From Takakia lepidozioides (lineage: Eukaryota > Plantae > Bryophyta): a stretch of 64,000 nucleotides of DNA. The stretch covers positions 23,932,001-23,996,000 of the forward strand of contig CM060731.1 in the NCBI GenBank assembly GCA_030704615.1. The letters are read 5' to 3'. How positions within the stretch are numbered: position 1 is the first letter of the stretch; each line of letters starts with the position of its first letter. Under the pieces are notes generated by a model. The model did not search any database, was not told where the DNA came from, and saw only the letters and a list, made by a program, of their open reading frames with translations. The position numbers were made by a program, and so were the translations under genes. Positions 1 through 12,642 of this stretch are shown piece after piece.

Positions 1-559
1 ACAAAGCTGGGTTTCTTCATATTCTCCACCCTTTTCCACAACTTATGCACGACGGATGTAAGCCGCTATACTTGGTCACATAAACAGTCCCATCGTCCGA
101 TACGAAATCTGCAATACACGCCCCCATGTGCATACGCTTCCACCATTTTCGCGCCCATGTTACCCATGGGTTCCTTTAACGAACTAAACTTGTGAAGGCT
201 CTCATGAGGGATGCAGTACGAAGGGGCTAAACGTATCATGACGGATCACAAGCAGAGGACGTTATCGACGACAGATGTCCGCATTTTCCATATTTATGAC
301 ATAGAACCAAACCATAAAACGAAGGTTCCCGAAAGCACAACAAAAAGGCAAAAATAGTGGAAGCATATGCACGATGGTGGCTGTAGTGCCCAGACAGTCC
401 TCTCATGTTCAAGCACACGCTTCATCATCATCATGAACATCGCGCGCAAAAGAGGAACAGTCGCGTGCATGGAAACGCCTACCGCAACATCGGACAACAA
501 ACAGCCGTCAAAAGAGAGCGGCCGGGATTTGGTGGGAAGATCACTGTCATTTTCGCAGC

Positions 560-1008
560 CCTAAAAATGGAGGGCTCGGATGGGCTATGGGAATGGACGG
601 AGGCGATCCTGCGCCGTCAGCGGACTGGATGGCAGGGGACTGGCCAGCGGACTGGCGGGCAGACTGGCGGACTGGCAGACTGCTGGGCACCGGACTGGCC
701 GACTGCTGGGCACCGGACTGGCCAGCACCAGACTGGCAGGCAGACTGGCGGACAGGCAGACTGCTGGGCAGCCGACTGACCAGTAGCCGACTGGCAGACT
801 GGAGGGCAGCGGACTCATGGGCGGGGGACTGGCCGTGCGGCGGACGGGGGCGCGGGCGCGGTTGCTGCAGCCGCGCCCGCGGCTGGGCGACCGCGCGCAG
901 CGGCGGGCGGGGCGGGCGGGGTGCTGGGGAGCCGGGCGTCCGTGCGCGGGGCCCACCGGCCACATCGCACGTGCCCATTGAAGACCCTATTATCTTAAAA
1001 TGAGAGGC
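560..1008. mobile_element. Right end of a Mutator-like TIR element whose left end lies upstream or outside the window; GC-rich GACTGGC subterminal repeats
   Basis: 975-1008 (CCATTGAAGACCCTATTATCTTAAAATGAGAGGC) resembles the right TIR of the adjacent MITE (1734-1767). GACTGG(C) motifs repeat through 620-830 and recur inside the adjacent MITE at 1170-1385. The left boundary is not defined. Confidence 0.55.
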
Positions 1009-1018
1009 AAAAAATAAT

Positions 1019-1767
1019 GCCTCTCATTTTTTAATAATTGGGTCTTGAATGCACCTATGGGCCCCGCCAGTACGGCCCATGGGGTGAGCTCATGAACCCA
1101 CCCCCACTGGGTCTAGATTCTGAATTTTTTTCTAAGTCCTAGTTCTTTAACGGCGGCGGACCTTCTAGTGGACTGGCCAAACCCTCAACAGACTGACTCC
1201 AACTGGCGAGCGGACTGACCAGCACACTGGCGAGTGGCGAGCGGCGAGCGGACTGACTAGCATACTGGCGATTGACGAGCGGATTGGCGATTGGCGAGCG
1301 GATTGACTCAGTCCGGCAGACTGGTGAGCGGACTCACCAGCACAGTGGCGATTTGACGAGCGGACTGACTGGACTCCAACTGGTGCCTAACTCCAACCTT
1401 CAAACCCTCCTCAAACAAAATATACATTTATAAATAACACACATTTCCACCACAATGTCACCTGCTAGGATTTGAACAACAAACCTCACGTTCGATGAAA
1501 GTTGCTCTTCACCGTCACACTAGCCATTGCTTTCTACAAATCCTTGAAATAATTAATTATTTATCTACATATCTTCAGGTGTTTTGTGGGCCCAACAGAC
1601 TGGCTCCCCCTCTCGCTTCCCCTGTGCGCACCCCGGGGCTGCTCACCCGAGCAAACTGACCCCCGGTAGGGGTCACCCCACCTTGCGCGACCCCCTGTGC
1701 CACCCGCGGGCCCCGCCACAACCACATGTGCCCGCATTCAAGTCCCAATTATCAAACAATGAGAAGC
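1019..1767. mobile_element. Non-autonomous Mutator-like MITE
   Basis: 34-bp TIRs match at 30/34 positions (GCCTCTCATTTTTTAATAATTGGGTCTTGAATGC versus the reverse complement of 1734-1767). Perfect 9-bp TSD AAAAATAAT at 1010-1018 and 1768-1776. A 9-bp TSD and G-initiated TIR are typical of MULEs. Confidence 0.8.
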
Positions 1768-2861
1768 AAAAATAATAGGAATAATTAAACACTAAATGCA
1801 GACGGTACTTCAAGGAGCTTGAGCTTTGTTGAGAAAAAGGGATAGATCAATCGGATATTCCACATTGCCCTGGTTATGTACATTAGAAGGTATTTAACTT
1901 CCAAATGAAGACAATAGCATTTTTTTAAATAGTTAAATGGAAACATGTGACTAGCAAAAGAAATTTCTTGCTAGACACTATAGCTCCATGTCAGCGCCCC
2001 GTCAGATCTCCGTGCATACGACATGTGCGTGCGTCGTGGAGTGACATGTGTCATCATGAAACGAAGGGTGTCTGGTAGATGACTGTTATGTATGACTGCA
2101 GATGGGGTATCAGGGACGTGGCACGTGGTGATCCTCTGTCTGCACTCGAAGGTGACATAGCAGAGGTTGAAGACTGACGAATTGCTTTCTTGGTCTGAAC
2201 TTGGCATACCAAAGTTCACAATGACTCGTGATCAAACTGACAACTTGAAGAGTAGGGATTTTTTCCTGTGTGGGATTGCTAAAGGGGGCACGACTGCTGC
2301 ACTTACGAACATAAGGCCCAGAATGGAATGTTGAGCTTCATTCAGATGATTTTTCCTGGGAACAAGCTATTGTGGGTATAGCTCAAGACCATTTTCATCT
2401 ATGCAAGATCAGAGATGCTTGTGGAAAATCCTGGTACCAGTTTTGATCAAGCGAAATTTGGTCTCTGTGATCCTGTTATCCCAGAGGAATACTATCCCTT
2501 ACATATCTTTGAAAGAAAAGGTGATGCGAGAATTACAGGGGTTTCCTTTTGGTTGAAAGTGTTTGAGAATTTGTGGCACCTACAAGGTGAAGCTGTCTAC
2601 TTGAGTGTCAACCATTGTTTCATCTTTATACATTGTGAAGAACTGGGAAACATGTATAAAGCATCCATTTGAAAGATAAAGCTTTGTCTTGATTGTGGTA
2701 TATTGTTTGTCTGAATGTCGTAATTACTGGTTGTTCACGAGATCTAAGGCTGAACTGTTGAAAGGACAAGGTCTCAACATGGGTAATTGGAAAAAAACCG
2801 TTGAAGATATTTTCAATGCTAGCGAAGTTCATAACATAGAGATCATTGCATGTGGTAATTC

Positions 2862-3616
2862 TGTTGCGCACCTCACTTCGGTAAGCTCCCTTTCAAGTCA
2901 TAGTTACTCGCTCCGATGTGCGCGCCTAACTCCCTAACTGGCCGCCGGACCAACTCGGAGCTTCGGCTGCTCACCGGGACATAACGGTCCTCCTTCACTC
3001 CCCTACAAGACCCTCTCCCAATTTGGGCCTAATGGAAATTCCCTTTGGTCGATGGCAGTCCGGAATAGCTCCCCACACCCTGGTCGCTTTCCGGGTCGCA
3101 TGCTTATTCACTAGTTTTTGGTCACCAACGGGTTTGCACCGTTGTCGGGGTTACTACTCCCTATATATACTTATGTGACTGTCCGCGGGGGTTTCACAAA
3201 CAACCATGCCATTTTATGGCAAACCACCACGAAAACCCTCGATTCCCGGTGATGAGTCGCGGTGAGTCTTGGCCCACTCACCACGATCCCATTGGACCGT
3301 GATGAGTCCCAAGACTCCCCACGACTCCCACCACAAGGTCTCCGCCCCCATGGTGAGTCCTATGCCACCCCCACTAAGTCCCACTAAGTCCCACTAAGTC
3401 CCACTAAGCTACCACCACCCTTTGTGGAGCCACCCCCACCGCAACTCGGTATGCGAGGCTCCACCTAGTGAGCGCCTCTGCCTCCTTGAGTGCCTTAGGC
3501 ACTCAAGGGTGCTTCAGCCCCCCCCCCCCCTTACCTATCGCTTCCACTGCCCCCACCATAGGGGCAGCCCCTCCTGCGTCCCGACCCCCCTGCCCTCGAG
3601 GAAAAGGGCCGCAACA
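2862..3616. mobile_element. Solo LTR
   Basis: Begins TGTTGCG and ends CGCAACA (7-bp terminal inverted repeat). Perfect 5-bp TSD AATTC at 2857-2861 and 3617-3621. No internal coding region. Confidence 0.85.
3370..3408. repeat. Decamer tandem repeat (CCCACTAAGT) x4 inside the solo LTR
   Basis: Directly visible in the sequence. Confidence 0.9.
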
Positions 3617-6600
3617 AATTCGGTCAAGGACCTAAGACTCAACTGAATGTGGCAACGTCGTCCCAACTTGTCAAGCATCCAGATGATTTAGATTGGATAA
3701 TCTGTGCCAGGCCATGATGACTATCTTGGAGCCTTGTTGGATTTGCTTTTGGCCAAACATACGTACACAGGTCATGACAGTGCCTGAGAAAAGTCTCCAG
3801 AGTCCAAAATGGCCAAACAACCTTACCTTGAGTACAAATTAGGGAAATTTTTTGATTCGTTTCTAAATTCACAAGGAGCTTTTGAGACTTCCCGTCTATG
3901 GCAAAGAGGGTATGAGAATGCGTTTTCCCTCATTAGAGAGCCCTATAAAAGGGGAAAGTACAATTCCCTTAAAGAATCCCCCTTTGGCTGTTTTCCAGAG
4001 TGGAAGTTGGAGGGGAAGTTGACTCCCCCTAGAAAAATTCCCTTTGTGGCCTTTATAAGAGGGAAACTCGCAGGGAAAGTGTGACATTTTAAGATTTTCA
4101 GTAAAAGCAAAAACAAATTAAAAAATAAAAAAGCTGGAGGTGGAACGATTCTTTGTAACCGCTCGGCCGATTTGGAAGGGACACTCACATTACATGTATG
4201 AAGGCTATGGGGTTTTATATATATTTCACCTAACGGATATGGTACCCAATCGGATTGTTGCGCACCGTTAACACGGGGGCCCGCATGGGACCTCCAAGAT
4301 CGGCGATTTCGGCACAGACATGCCGCATCCAAGGTAGATTCCACACTGTGTGTAGGTCTCGCTCCCAAGGAGCGTGTATTGAAGCATTTCAAAAGCCGGA
4401 AGGGATATGTGTGCCATCCACTACCGTTTATGTGCTTCGTTGCAAGTAAGCTTGGAAGTGTTAGTGGTTGGTTTCAGAACCTTTGGAACCTGCAGATCAG
4501 ATCCAGCATAGAGACATTGCGCTCTTAGAATGACTACTGGTGCACTATGAAGCAGCCTGTCTTGCAAGTTTGTATTCGTGTCGTATCAGTTATGGTACTG
4601 GGATAAAGCTGAAATAATATGCAGATAATTGAGGCTTCTCCGCAAATATCAAAGAGATGAAGCTGAATATTTCGCACCAAAAACCAATTACATGATGGAT
4701 CAGTGTAGACGCATGACCTACTAACGTATTGAGGTCAGGCCAGGTATGTTACCTTCAAGCACTATCTTGTTTCTGCAGTAATAAATAGGTGAAACTTGAA
4801 GTCGTCGGAATAAGTTTCAAGTTTGTTTGTGATAGCATTTCTGTTGTCTAACTTCTTTCTTCCTCCTTATAGTACTAAGGTTTCCGCAGAAGCTGTCTGA
4901 GGCAATTACACGTCCCTGCATGAATGTGCTGTGATATAAGAGTATTGAGTAAATTTTGTCAGTAGATGGGTGGACTATGTTAGACGCAGCTTTTTGGTTT
5001 AAGCTCACCACCATTTGTGGGAGTCAGCTATCCGCAGGCAGCGAAGGCACGTGAGAAACGAGAAGCAGAGGAGGCTGCAGTTGCACTAGTGGGTGAGCCT
5101 TACCGATGGTTTTGTACTTCTCCGCCGTCTTCACATCAGGTCAAGGGAATAACCTGAACCTATGTAGAATAGGTCTCATATCTTGGCAGGAAGTTATCTG
5201 CCACATGCAATGCATCATAGGTGTCTGCTTACCATTCTAGATTATTTTGTTGTTACTCTATTGATTTACAGATTTGATATAAAGAATAAAGCTTTAATCT
5301 TGCCCTCTACCCTAGTGGCAAACATTGTATCATACTGATGAGGAGATGATGCCATTGTCGTGCCCACATCCACAGCCAGTACCACTACTCCAGCCACTCC
5401 AACTACAAGCCACAAGTATAGGTGATTTGCACATACACACCTGTGGTCCACATAAACTATATTCTTGGTGCCTTTGTCGTTTTTAGCTATTCTTGTATTT
5501 AGAGTTCTCATTCTTTTTTGGGTGTAAAGGTTTACTTGAGAGGTATCACAGGTCAGAAATCCCTGCTCAGAAATCCCTGCTCCACGCTATGAGCGTATCT
5601 TTGGAAAAAGGCCCCCAAATCTACCAAAGGAGGAGCACTGTCACTATGGAAAATCTTACCTGAGAAAGTTTTATCCCAGCCAGTGGAGGAACTACATCTG
5701 AACATCCGGTGTGCTGGATGTGGTTTAGCAATAGGGAAGACCCACGAGTCAGCAATTTTCTTACAACAATTATGCGTCATATAATGAGTCATTGCAAAAC
5801 GAGGTGAGGCCTTTATTAGAGAATAGGAATCGACTCTTGACTCTTGCTAGATTTCTATTCGACTGTCAAGGCACAACCATCCAAATGAGGTGGAAGACCA
5901 ATGACATATATGAGACATTCAAAGAGCACAAGCATTCTGAAAACAAGAAGGCTACTGCTTGCAAGGTTCGTGTACCTGGTTCTAGCAAAAATTCAAAGGG
6001 CTGTCCTGGTGGTGAAGTTCTTTGTAGTACAAATTCAATGGCTTGCCTTGGTAGCAAACTTGTTTCCAGCAGCTCTGACGAGGTGGACAGTTCCCAATTG
6101 AAGGCTTGTCTTGGTACGTTTTTTGGTGACTGCATGTCAATGCAGGTACTAAAAGTTCTTTTGTTGTTTTTGAATTGTGGGGAAACATGAACTCTATATG
6201 TGCTTTGTCAATTCTGCTCAGGAGCTGGAGGGCTTATAAGACAGTCTTTGTTTCTCTATATGTGCTTTGTCAATTTTGCATCCTTTCACTGTATTTACAC
6301 TGAGTTTGAGTAGCTGTTTGCTTGTCCAGGAGGCCGAAAAGCGTATCAAACTCGTGTATCAAGCTCGTGTTGCTGATGGGCAGTTAGAATGTGAGTGTGC
6401 ATACGTCATGAGGGTCAGGCCAAGTCCAAGGGCTTTAATCTTGACTCCTCTTGGCAGGCACTGAAGAGGATAGATTCCGAGCTGGTGATCACTATCCCTC
6501 CAGCAGGGCAGGCTCTGTTTGATAGGCTCTGTTCTATAGCAGTCTTAGGACATGTGATACTTGAGCACATTGTTCAATCAAAACATGATGATGTAAACCT

Positions 6601-8221
6601 GAGATCCAGTTCTTGGAAGTGCATTTTGAATGACAGAGGTATGGTGTGGGGGGTGTGTGTCCTTAACATTTGTCAATGCACCGTGGGCAAAAGTCATGGG
6701 AAACAAACCAAGAAGAAAAAAACCTTCTAGGAAAAAATACACAGGGGGAGATTAAAGGAAAACCTCAAGGGGAAAAGTATAGAGGAAAAACCAATTCCGC
6801 AAAGGGAAAAATCTCAATAGGGGAAAGGTGCATTGGGGGAAAAAAATACACCAGGGAAAAATCCAATAGGAAAAATGCAGTGGGAAAAAATAAATACACT
6901 GGGGAAAATCAGGAAGGGAAAATCAACGGTGTAATTGTTTCCTGTGAGATCGGTGGAAAGTACACAAACATTTCCACTGTTGCGCAGTTCCCTCTGGCGT
7001 ATAAATCAGTACAAATATCTAAGGGCATTTTGCCCTTTTCCCCATGAGGGAATCGTTCTAAAGCTCCTTGTGTTTATTTGAGATGAGTGTTAGGATGAAT
7101 GTTGTTCCATCAAAGTTTGTTCAAAATGCATTGACATTTTGTCTAAGGATGAAGCTCAAAATCTGCTCGAGGCTACAATCTAGGCGAGCTAATGTAGCCA
7201 GTGGCCAAAAATATTGGCCAACCAATTGTTTCGGGAAAAGAAACTGCGTGACTATTCGGTGCCCAAGAGAAATTAAAACTAGGGGAGAACATGTGGAATA
7301 TTATATATTATACTGACTTGCATATTGCTTTGTGTAAAACTGTTATATTATCACATAACGTCCTTTGGCCATCAAGCTATGGTTTATCAGGGGTCTTCCT
7401 CCGACAGAACATGTGTATTTGCATAGACACACATATTCCACTGAAAAGGAGATGGGTCAGTTGATCAAGGAACGCCTACGAATGATGATAGCCAAACGGG
7501 GGGCACAATTCTCAAACCTTAGGTTGCACTCATGTGTAGTGATACATTGGAAACGACAATTGACACTAACAAAGGTGAAAGTACCTTGAGCTTTTTTCTA
7601 TCGTTGTGCGGGATGTATAGGTAACTGTGTGTAGTGAGTTATAGGCATTCAAGGCTGAAACTCATTGGCATACAATAGACAATGGAAATGCAAGTGGTAG
7701 CAACAGGGACGCACCAACATGGGTGCTAGCTAGTAAAGTCATGTTGTCTGCTATATCTACCAAAGCCATGAGCACGCCACCAAGTTTTGCCCCTACCAAC
7801 CGAACCTTGCCAAAATGATTGACAGGTTTGAGTGAGACAAGAAGGATAAGGCACATTTAGACGAATAAGATCCTCTGTGGTTGAAGGGATAGGTGATCTT
7901 TATAGGAAACCTTCTAAGCCCCTCACAACCTTGATGTACATACCACTGTTGGAATGTTAATATATGGGACCTGGCTAGCTATCAACTCATGTAGCCACCC
8001 AAGTATTAAATAACCGACCCGGTTGGTATTGGATGTTGTAATACTAGGGTTAAGAACCGGACCCTAGTGTTGGAAATTCTAATACATAGGTCAACGTCCT
8101 CATAGGCTGGTATTGACAAAGGCAATACCCATACTATCGGCAAAAGGAAAGACTATACACATGGTATAGGTACGAAGTTGGGTTGCCCAGGTCAAGGCAT
8201 GTCCACCCATGGGCCCGCCAC

Positions 8222-8504
8222 CAGTGATTTTTTCTTAAATTTGAAAAATAGCACGAGTGGCTACAAGAAATAGCTATATATTCTGTTCATCCATTGAAAA
8301 TTTGGATAGAATAGAATCATCCTCCTATGTACTTTCATCCATTTATATCATCCACATTTGGCGAATTCATCCATTATTATTTTTTTCCTTGTAGAAGTTT
8401 GGCGTTTTCATCCATGAAAAAATTGGGAATTTATGACAGAATATTCCATTTTAATGTTTTGAGGTCGCCATTTGGCGATTTTTTCCCAAAAAAAAAAAAC
8501 ACTG
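8222..8504. mobile_element. hAT MITE (CAGTG-T-rich TIR), family A
   Basis: CAGTGATTTTTT...AAAAAAACACTG. Perfect 8-bp TSD CCCGCCAC at 8214-8221 and 8505-8512. Homologous in inverted orientation to 32513-32798. Confidence 0.9.
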
Positions 8505-8568
8505 CCCGCCACTATTCTTCATTTTTTAGCACATGTCATGTAGCTAGTATGTGTGGGCCCATCCCAAG

Positions 8569-8852
8569 CAGTGTTTTTTTTCACTTTTCCAAAATCGCTG
8601 GCAGGGCGACATATAGATTCTACCCAACGCCCATGTGGCGAGAAGAACGAGGTGACAGAGCTGGAAAAGATGTTATATTACAGGTGTCATATTTTAACAG
8701 GTCCACATATGACAAATCTGGCTCCTGGTATTTATCCTTTGGCGCTTTCTGGCGATTTTCTTGATTTTTAATCCCAGAATTCCTTAGTAAAAGTAGCTGA
8801 CCCATTTTCCAGGTCGAAATCTGGCGATTATTCGCCAGAAAAAAAAACACTG
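8569..8852. mobile_element. hAT MITE (CAGTG-T-rich TIR), family B
   Basis: CAGTGTTTTTTTT...AAAAAAAACACTG. Perfect 8-bp TSD ATCCCAAG at 8561-8568 and 8853-8860. Confidence 0.9.
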
Positions 8853-9046
8853 ATCCCAAGACACGGGATTCTGTGTGTCTTTCTGTGGGCTCGCCTCAAG
8901 ACGGGATGATATGCGGACAGTTTGCAAACCGTTGAAGGGATCAAGGATTTCTTTTTTGTCGGAAGACAAAATGAATATGAGGACCTTTTTGCAGCTGTCG
9001 GCATGTTCAACGGTGAGGCTAGCAATCAATTTTCTTTTAATCGAGT

Positions 9047-9571
9047 TTAAAAAAAAAATGGAAACACATGGGAGCGTTCAAGCTTTTCAGCACTAAGCCC
9101 TTTTGTCAGTATGTCTGCAACCATGTTGTTGGTGTTGCAATATACAAGCTTGACAACTCCAGCTTCAGTCTTCTCTCGTACCAAATGATGATGAATCTCA
9201 ATATGCTTTGTGCGAGCATGAAACACTGGATTCTTTGAGAGAGCAATACACCCTTGGTTGTCATCATATATGACCATTGTATCCCTCTGTGGACGACCAA
9301 TACTAGATATAAATGATGATAACCATAATGCTTGCCTTGTAGCTTGAGATGCAGCCATATATTCTGCCTCAGTCGAGGACATAACAATTGTAGATTGCTT
9401 CTTGCTGCTCCAGCTTACAGCTCCATTTGCTAGCATAAAAACATAACCAGATGTAGAGTGGCGGTCATCAACATTACCAGCCCAATCTGCATCGCAATAG
9501 CCGTATAGCTTTGTGCTTTTGCAAGCACTATCTAAGATACCATATGAACCCAACTCACAGATTAGGCCCAA
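9047..9571 (-). mobile_element. Ty1/Copia RNase H fragment
   Basis: Translation has YCDADWAG, STSGYVF, SWSSKKQ, SSTEAEY, DNQG, HARTKHI and ADILTK, the canonical Copia RNase H motifs. No LTRs nearby. Confidence 0.92.
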
Positions 9572-10149
9572 CTTAGGCCCAACTGAGTTCGCATACTAAA
9601 ATCTGCAACATTATTATGTAATGCAACAAAATATTTAATTTCCTTGGGAAATCAAGTATGCTTCTAAGTAGCATACGAACGATTTGGCTGATATTTTAAT
9701 TATTTATATACCAGGTTGATAATTGGCTGGTGTTACGACTGGAATACACGTCCTATTGGTACCCGTCCACCAACCAAATATCATACTACTATTGAGAACC
9801 GGCGGATATTAAAATTTAGTGAATACACTACAACACACCCTATGTAATTTCGACGATTTTGTTTGACGCTGGCGTTGACTGTTGTCACTTTCGACTGTTC
9901 CAACCATTTTTCAGTCAAAAAATTATATTAAAATATTCGAGGTGCTAGACAACCGCGAAAATTTTGACTCTAGTGAGAAACTTTGACTACCTAAAATAAA
10001 CTGACTGAGACAACCAGTTAAGTAATGGCACGTGTAATCACAATATATAAATTATATAGCAATATATATGTGGATAATAAGAAGTAAAACAACTTAACTA
10101 CGTTTTAACTGACCCAGCTCATTAATAGTAAACTAATCGTGTGCTGGTT

Positions 10150-10490
10150 AAGGTTAGTGAAACAAAACAACTAAATTATCTGAACGAATGATAAAAAAAC
10201 GCCTTGCTGGCAGCTATTGGATGAACGTATGAAAGGTTAGTGAAACAAGACAACTGAATTATGTGAACGAATGATAAACAAACGCCTTGCTGGCAGCTAT
10301 TGGATGAACGTATGAAAGGTTAGTGAAACAAAACAACTGAACTATTTGAACGAATGATAAACCAACGCCTTGCTGGCAGCTATTGGATGAACGTACGAAA
10401 TACAATTTTTGTGCACTGGATGAACGTATGAATGAACGATAAATCAAACGCCTTGCTGGCAACTATTGGATGAATGTAGGAACGAATGAT
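10150..10490. repeat. 83-bp tandem repeat (3 copies plus a partial copy)
   Basis: AAGGTTAGTGAAACAA...GCCTTGCTGGCAGCTATTGGATGAACGTA starts at 10150, 10233 and 10316. Confidence 0.9.
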
Positions 10491-10559
10491 AATGAAAATG
10501 TTGTTGCTGCTGCAAGCATGGCGTTCCACAACTCCAAATCTCGTTGAGCCATATTGTTT

Positions 10560-10745
10560 AACACTCCCACATTTGGAATACATGTCCATGAGGGTATTGT
10601 TCATAATCACATCTGGTACAATTCCATCTTTGGTGATGCAACCATGCACCTCTTTGCCCTTTTCCAGGGCTGCCAGGCTTCGACACGAACTACAAACGCA
10701 CACAAACGTGATGTGCTCGGGCTTCACCCCTGCCCCCATCAATTG
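10560..10745 (-). pseudogene. PLS-class PPR fragment (captured)
   Basis: GVKPEHITFVCVCSSCRSLAALEKGKEVHGCITKDGIVPDVIMNNTLMDMYSKCGSV corresponds to L and S motifs. Confidence 0.85.
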
Positions 10746-11070
10746 CTCTCTTTCAGCTGCCTTGTAGAATATGCATATGAAAAACTTTTAAAGATACCAT
10801 GTACTAACCGGCACTTTCTTGCTTCCACTGTCTTGAATATTCCACCCCTACCCCCATCAATTGCTCTCAGCTGCTTAGAATATGCATATGAAATTTTTTT
10901 AAAGATACCATGTACTAACCAGCACTTTTTTGCTTCCACTGTCTTGAATATTCCACCCCTGCCCCCATCAATTGCTCTCTCTCAGCTGCCTAGAATATGC
11001 ATAGGAAAAACTTTTAAAGATACCATGTACTAACCAGCACTTTCTTGCTTCCACTGTCTTGAATATTCCA
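10727..11070. repeat. About 111-118-bp tandem triplication spanning the junction between the PPR fragment and sequence downstream of the eIF4A fragment
   Basis: CCCCCATCAATTGCTCTC recurs at 10733, 10851 and 10962, each followed by ...AAAGATACCATGTACTAACC...GCTTCCACTGTCTTGAATATTCCA. Confidence 0.88.
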
Positions 11071-11266
11071 TTCATTTAGATCCGGCTAAAGTGCCTCGTA
11101 AGCAGCTGGAAAGTAACTTCAAGCTCCTTTTCTCAAGCAGCACTTTCAACATTATGAGTAGATCCGCTTGCATGCATACAGTGCTTGGTAATTCCATGAC
11201 CAATCCTAATGGGATGTAGAGATTCCGAAGCCCCCCTCCCCTCACTTATGGAATAAGGTCTTCAAC

Positions 11267-11459
11267 TCACAAAAGATCTGCAACATTTGAAGGCAGCTCC
11301 TTGATAACAGTGTTGTAGAACCTTTGGAGGTCTTGGAGCATGCGCTCATCATCCTTTGTGACAAAATTAATGGCCACACCCTTGTGCCCAAAACGCCCAC
11401 TGCGGCCAATATTTCTCCGGCTGGGTGGGCAGGTCATAGTTAATGACCAAGGACACCTG
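11267..11459 (-). pseudogene. eIF4A: eIF4A (DEAD-box helicase) C-terminal fragment (captured)
   Basis: Minus-strand translation gives [15 protein letters not shown][small deletion removing YLHR][47 protein letters not shown], the well-known plant eIF4A C-terminus. It is not in the ORF track. Confidence 0.9.
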
Positions 11460-12642
11460 ATACTTTCTTCGCGTCCTCAATGCACCCACATTTGGCATAC
11501 ATGTTCACCAGGGTATTGTTCAGAATGAGATCTGGTACAATTCCAGCTTGGATGATGTCACCATGGACCTGTTTGCTCTTTTCAAGGGCTGACAGGCTCA
11601 CACACACATTGCAAACGCAAACAAATGTGATGTGGTTCGGCCTCACCCCTTCTCGCATCATGTGTTCATAGGTCTCCCAAGCCTCCATCCTGCACCCCTG
11701 CTATGCATATCCTGCAATCATTGCGTTCCACGACACCACATCTCTGTCAGCCATATTGTCGAACACTCCTTTTGCGTCCTCAATGCACCTACATTTGGCA
11801 TACATATCCACCAGGGTATTGTTCAGAATGACATTTGGTACAATTCCACCTTTGATAATGTCACCATAAATCTCTTTGCCCTTTTCCAGGGCTGCCTGGC
11901 TCGCACAAGCATTGCAAACACAAACAAACGTGATGTGGTTAGGCTTCACCCCTTCCTGTACCATTTGCTCATAGGTCTCCAAAGCCTCCATCCCCCGCCC
12001 CTGCTGTGCATATCCTGCAATCATTGCATTCCACGACACCACATTTCATTCAGCCATACTGTCAAACACTCCCTTTGCATCTTCAATGCTCCGGCTTTTG
12101 ACATACATGTCCACCAGGGCAGTGTTCAGGATGACATCTGGCACAATTCCAGCTTTGACAATGGCACCATGGACCTCTTTGCCCTTTTCCAGGGCTGCCA
12201 GGCTCGCACACGCATTGCAAATGCAAACAAACGTAATGTGGTTCGGCTGCCTCATATGTCTCCAAAGCATTCCTTCCACACCCATGCTTGGTAAATCCTG
12301 CCATCATTATATTCCATGTGCTCAACCATCGTTGAGGCATTCTGTTGAACACTTGGTGAGCGTCCACGATGCTCCCACACTTAACATACATGTTAACAAG
12401 GTTGTTGTGTAGAAAAATGTTTGGCTCGAATCCACTTTGGATAATGTGAGCGTGCACCTGCTTTCCAGCTTGCAGGTCTTTCATCTTTATGCACTTATGC
12501 AAGAGACTGACATAAATATCTGAATCTGCTGAAATGCCTCCTTGGTTTAAAGTTTGTAGAGCCTCTTTTAGTCGCCCTGCCTCACATAGCATCCTCACAT
12601 GCCCAGAAGTGCCCGAAGAGGCATTGTGGACTCCAAAGGGCA
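11460..12642 (-). pseudogene. PLS-class PPR gene fragment (N-terminus plus about 4 PLS triplets; frameshift and nonsense codons; no E/DYW domain)
   Basis: LCEAGRLKEAL N-terminal motif, then repeats of VVSWNAMIAGYAQQG...KPNHITFVCVCNAC...GKEVH...MYAKC..IEDA with a 101-aa period. A deletion frameshift occurs near 12250 and in-frame stops at about 12047 and 11702. Confidence 0.92.

Noticed and set aside
405-1003. Several overlapping 120-140-aa ORFs (WRADWRTG-type repeats)
   Set aside because: They are translations of GC-rich GACTGGC subterminal repeats that stay open in many frames, with no recognisable domain.
1971-2860. Possible degraded retroelement coding sequence next to the solo LTR
   Set aside because: No diagnostic gag/pol motif could be read in any frame.
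3648-4086. TG...CA-bounded segment that might be another LTR
   Set aside because: Flanks (CTGAA versus TTTTA) give no TSD, and no PBS or PPT is recognisable.
5000-7050. Short ORFs, a CECAY motif suggestive of a SWIM finger, and a GGGAAAA-rich stretch
   Set aside because: The CxH half of a SWIM motif is missing, there is no coherent exon chain, and no TIR or TSD was found, so it is left unannotated.
11700-12050. In-frame TGA/TAG codons in the PPR as possible U-to-C editing sites
   Set aside because: Such editing is organellar. This is nuclear, TE-embedded DNA that also has a frameshift, so C-to-T decay is the simpler explanation.
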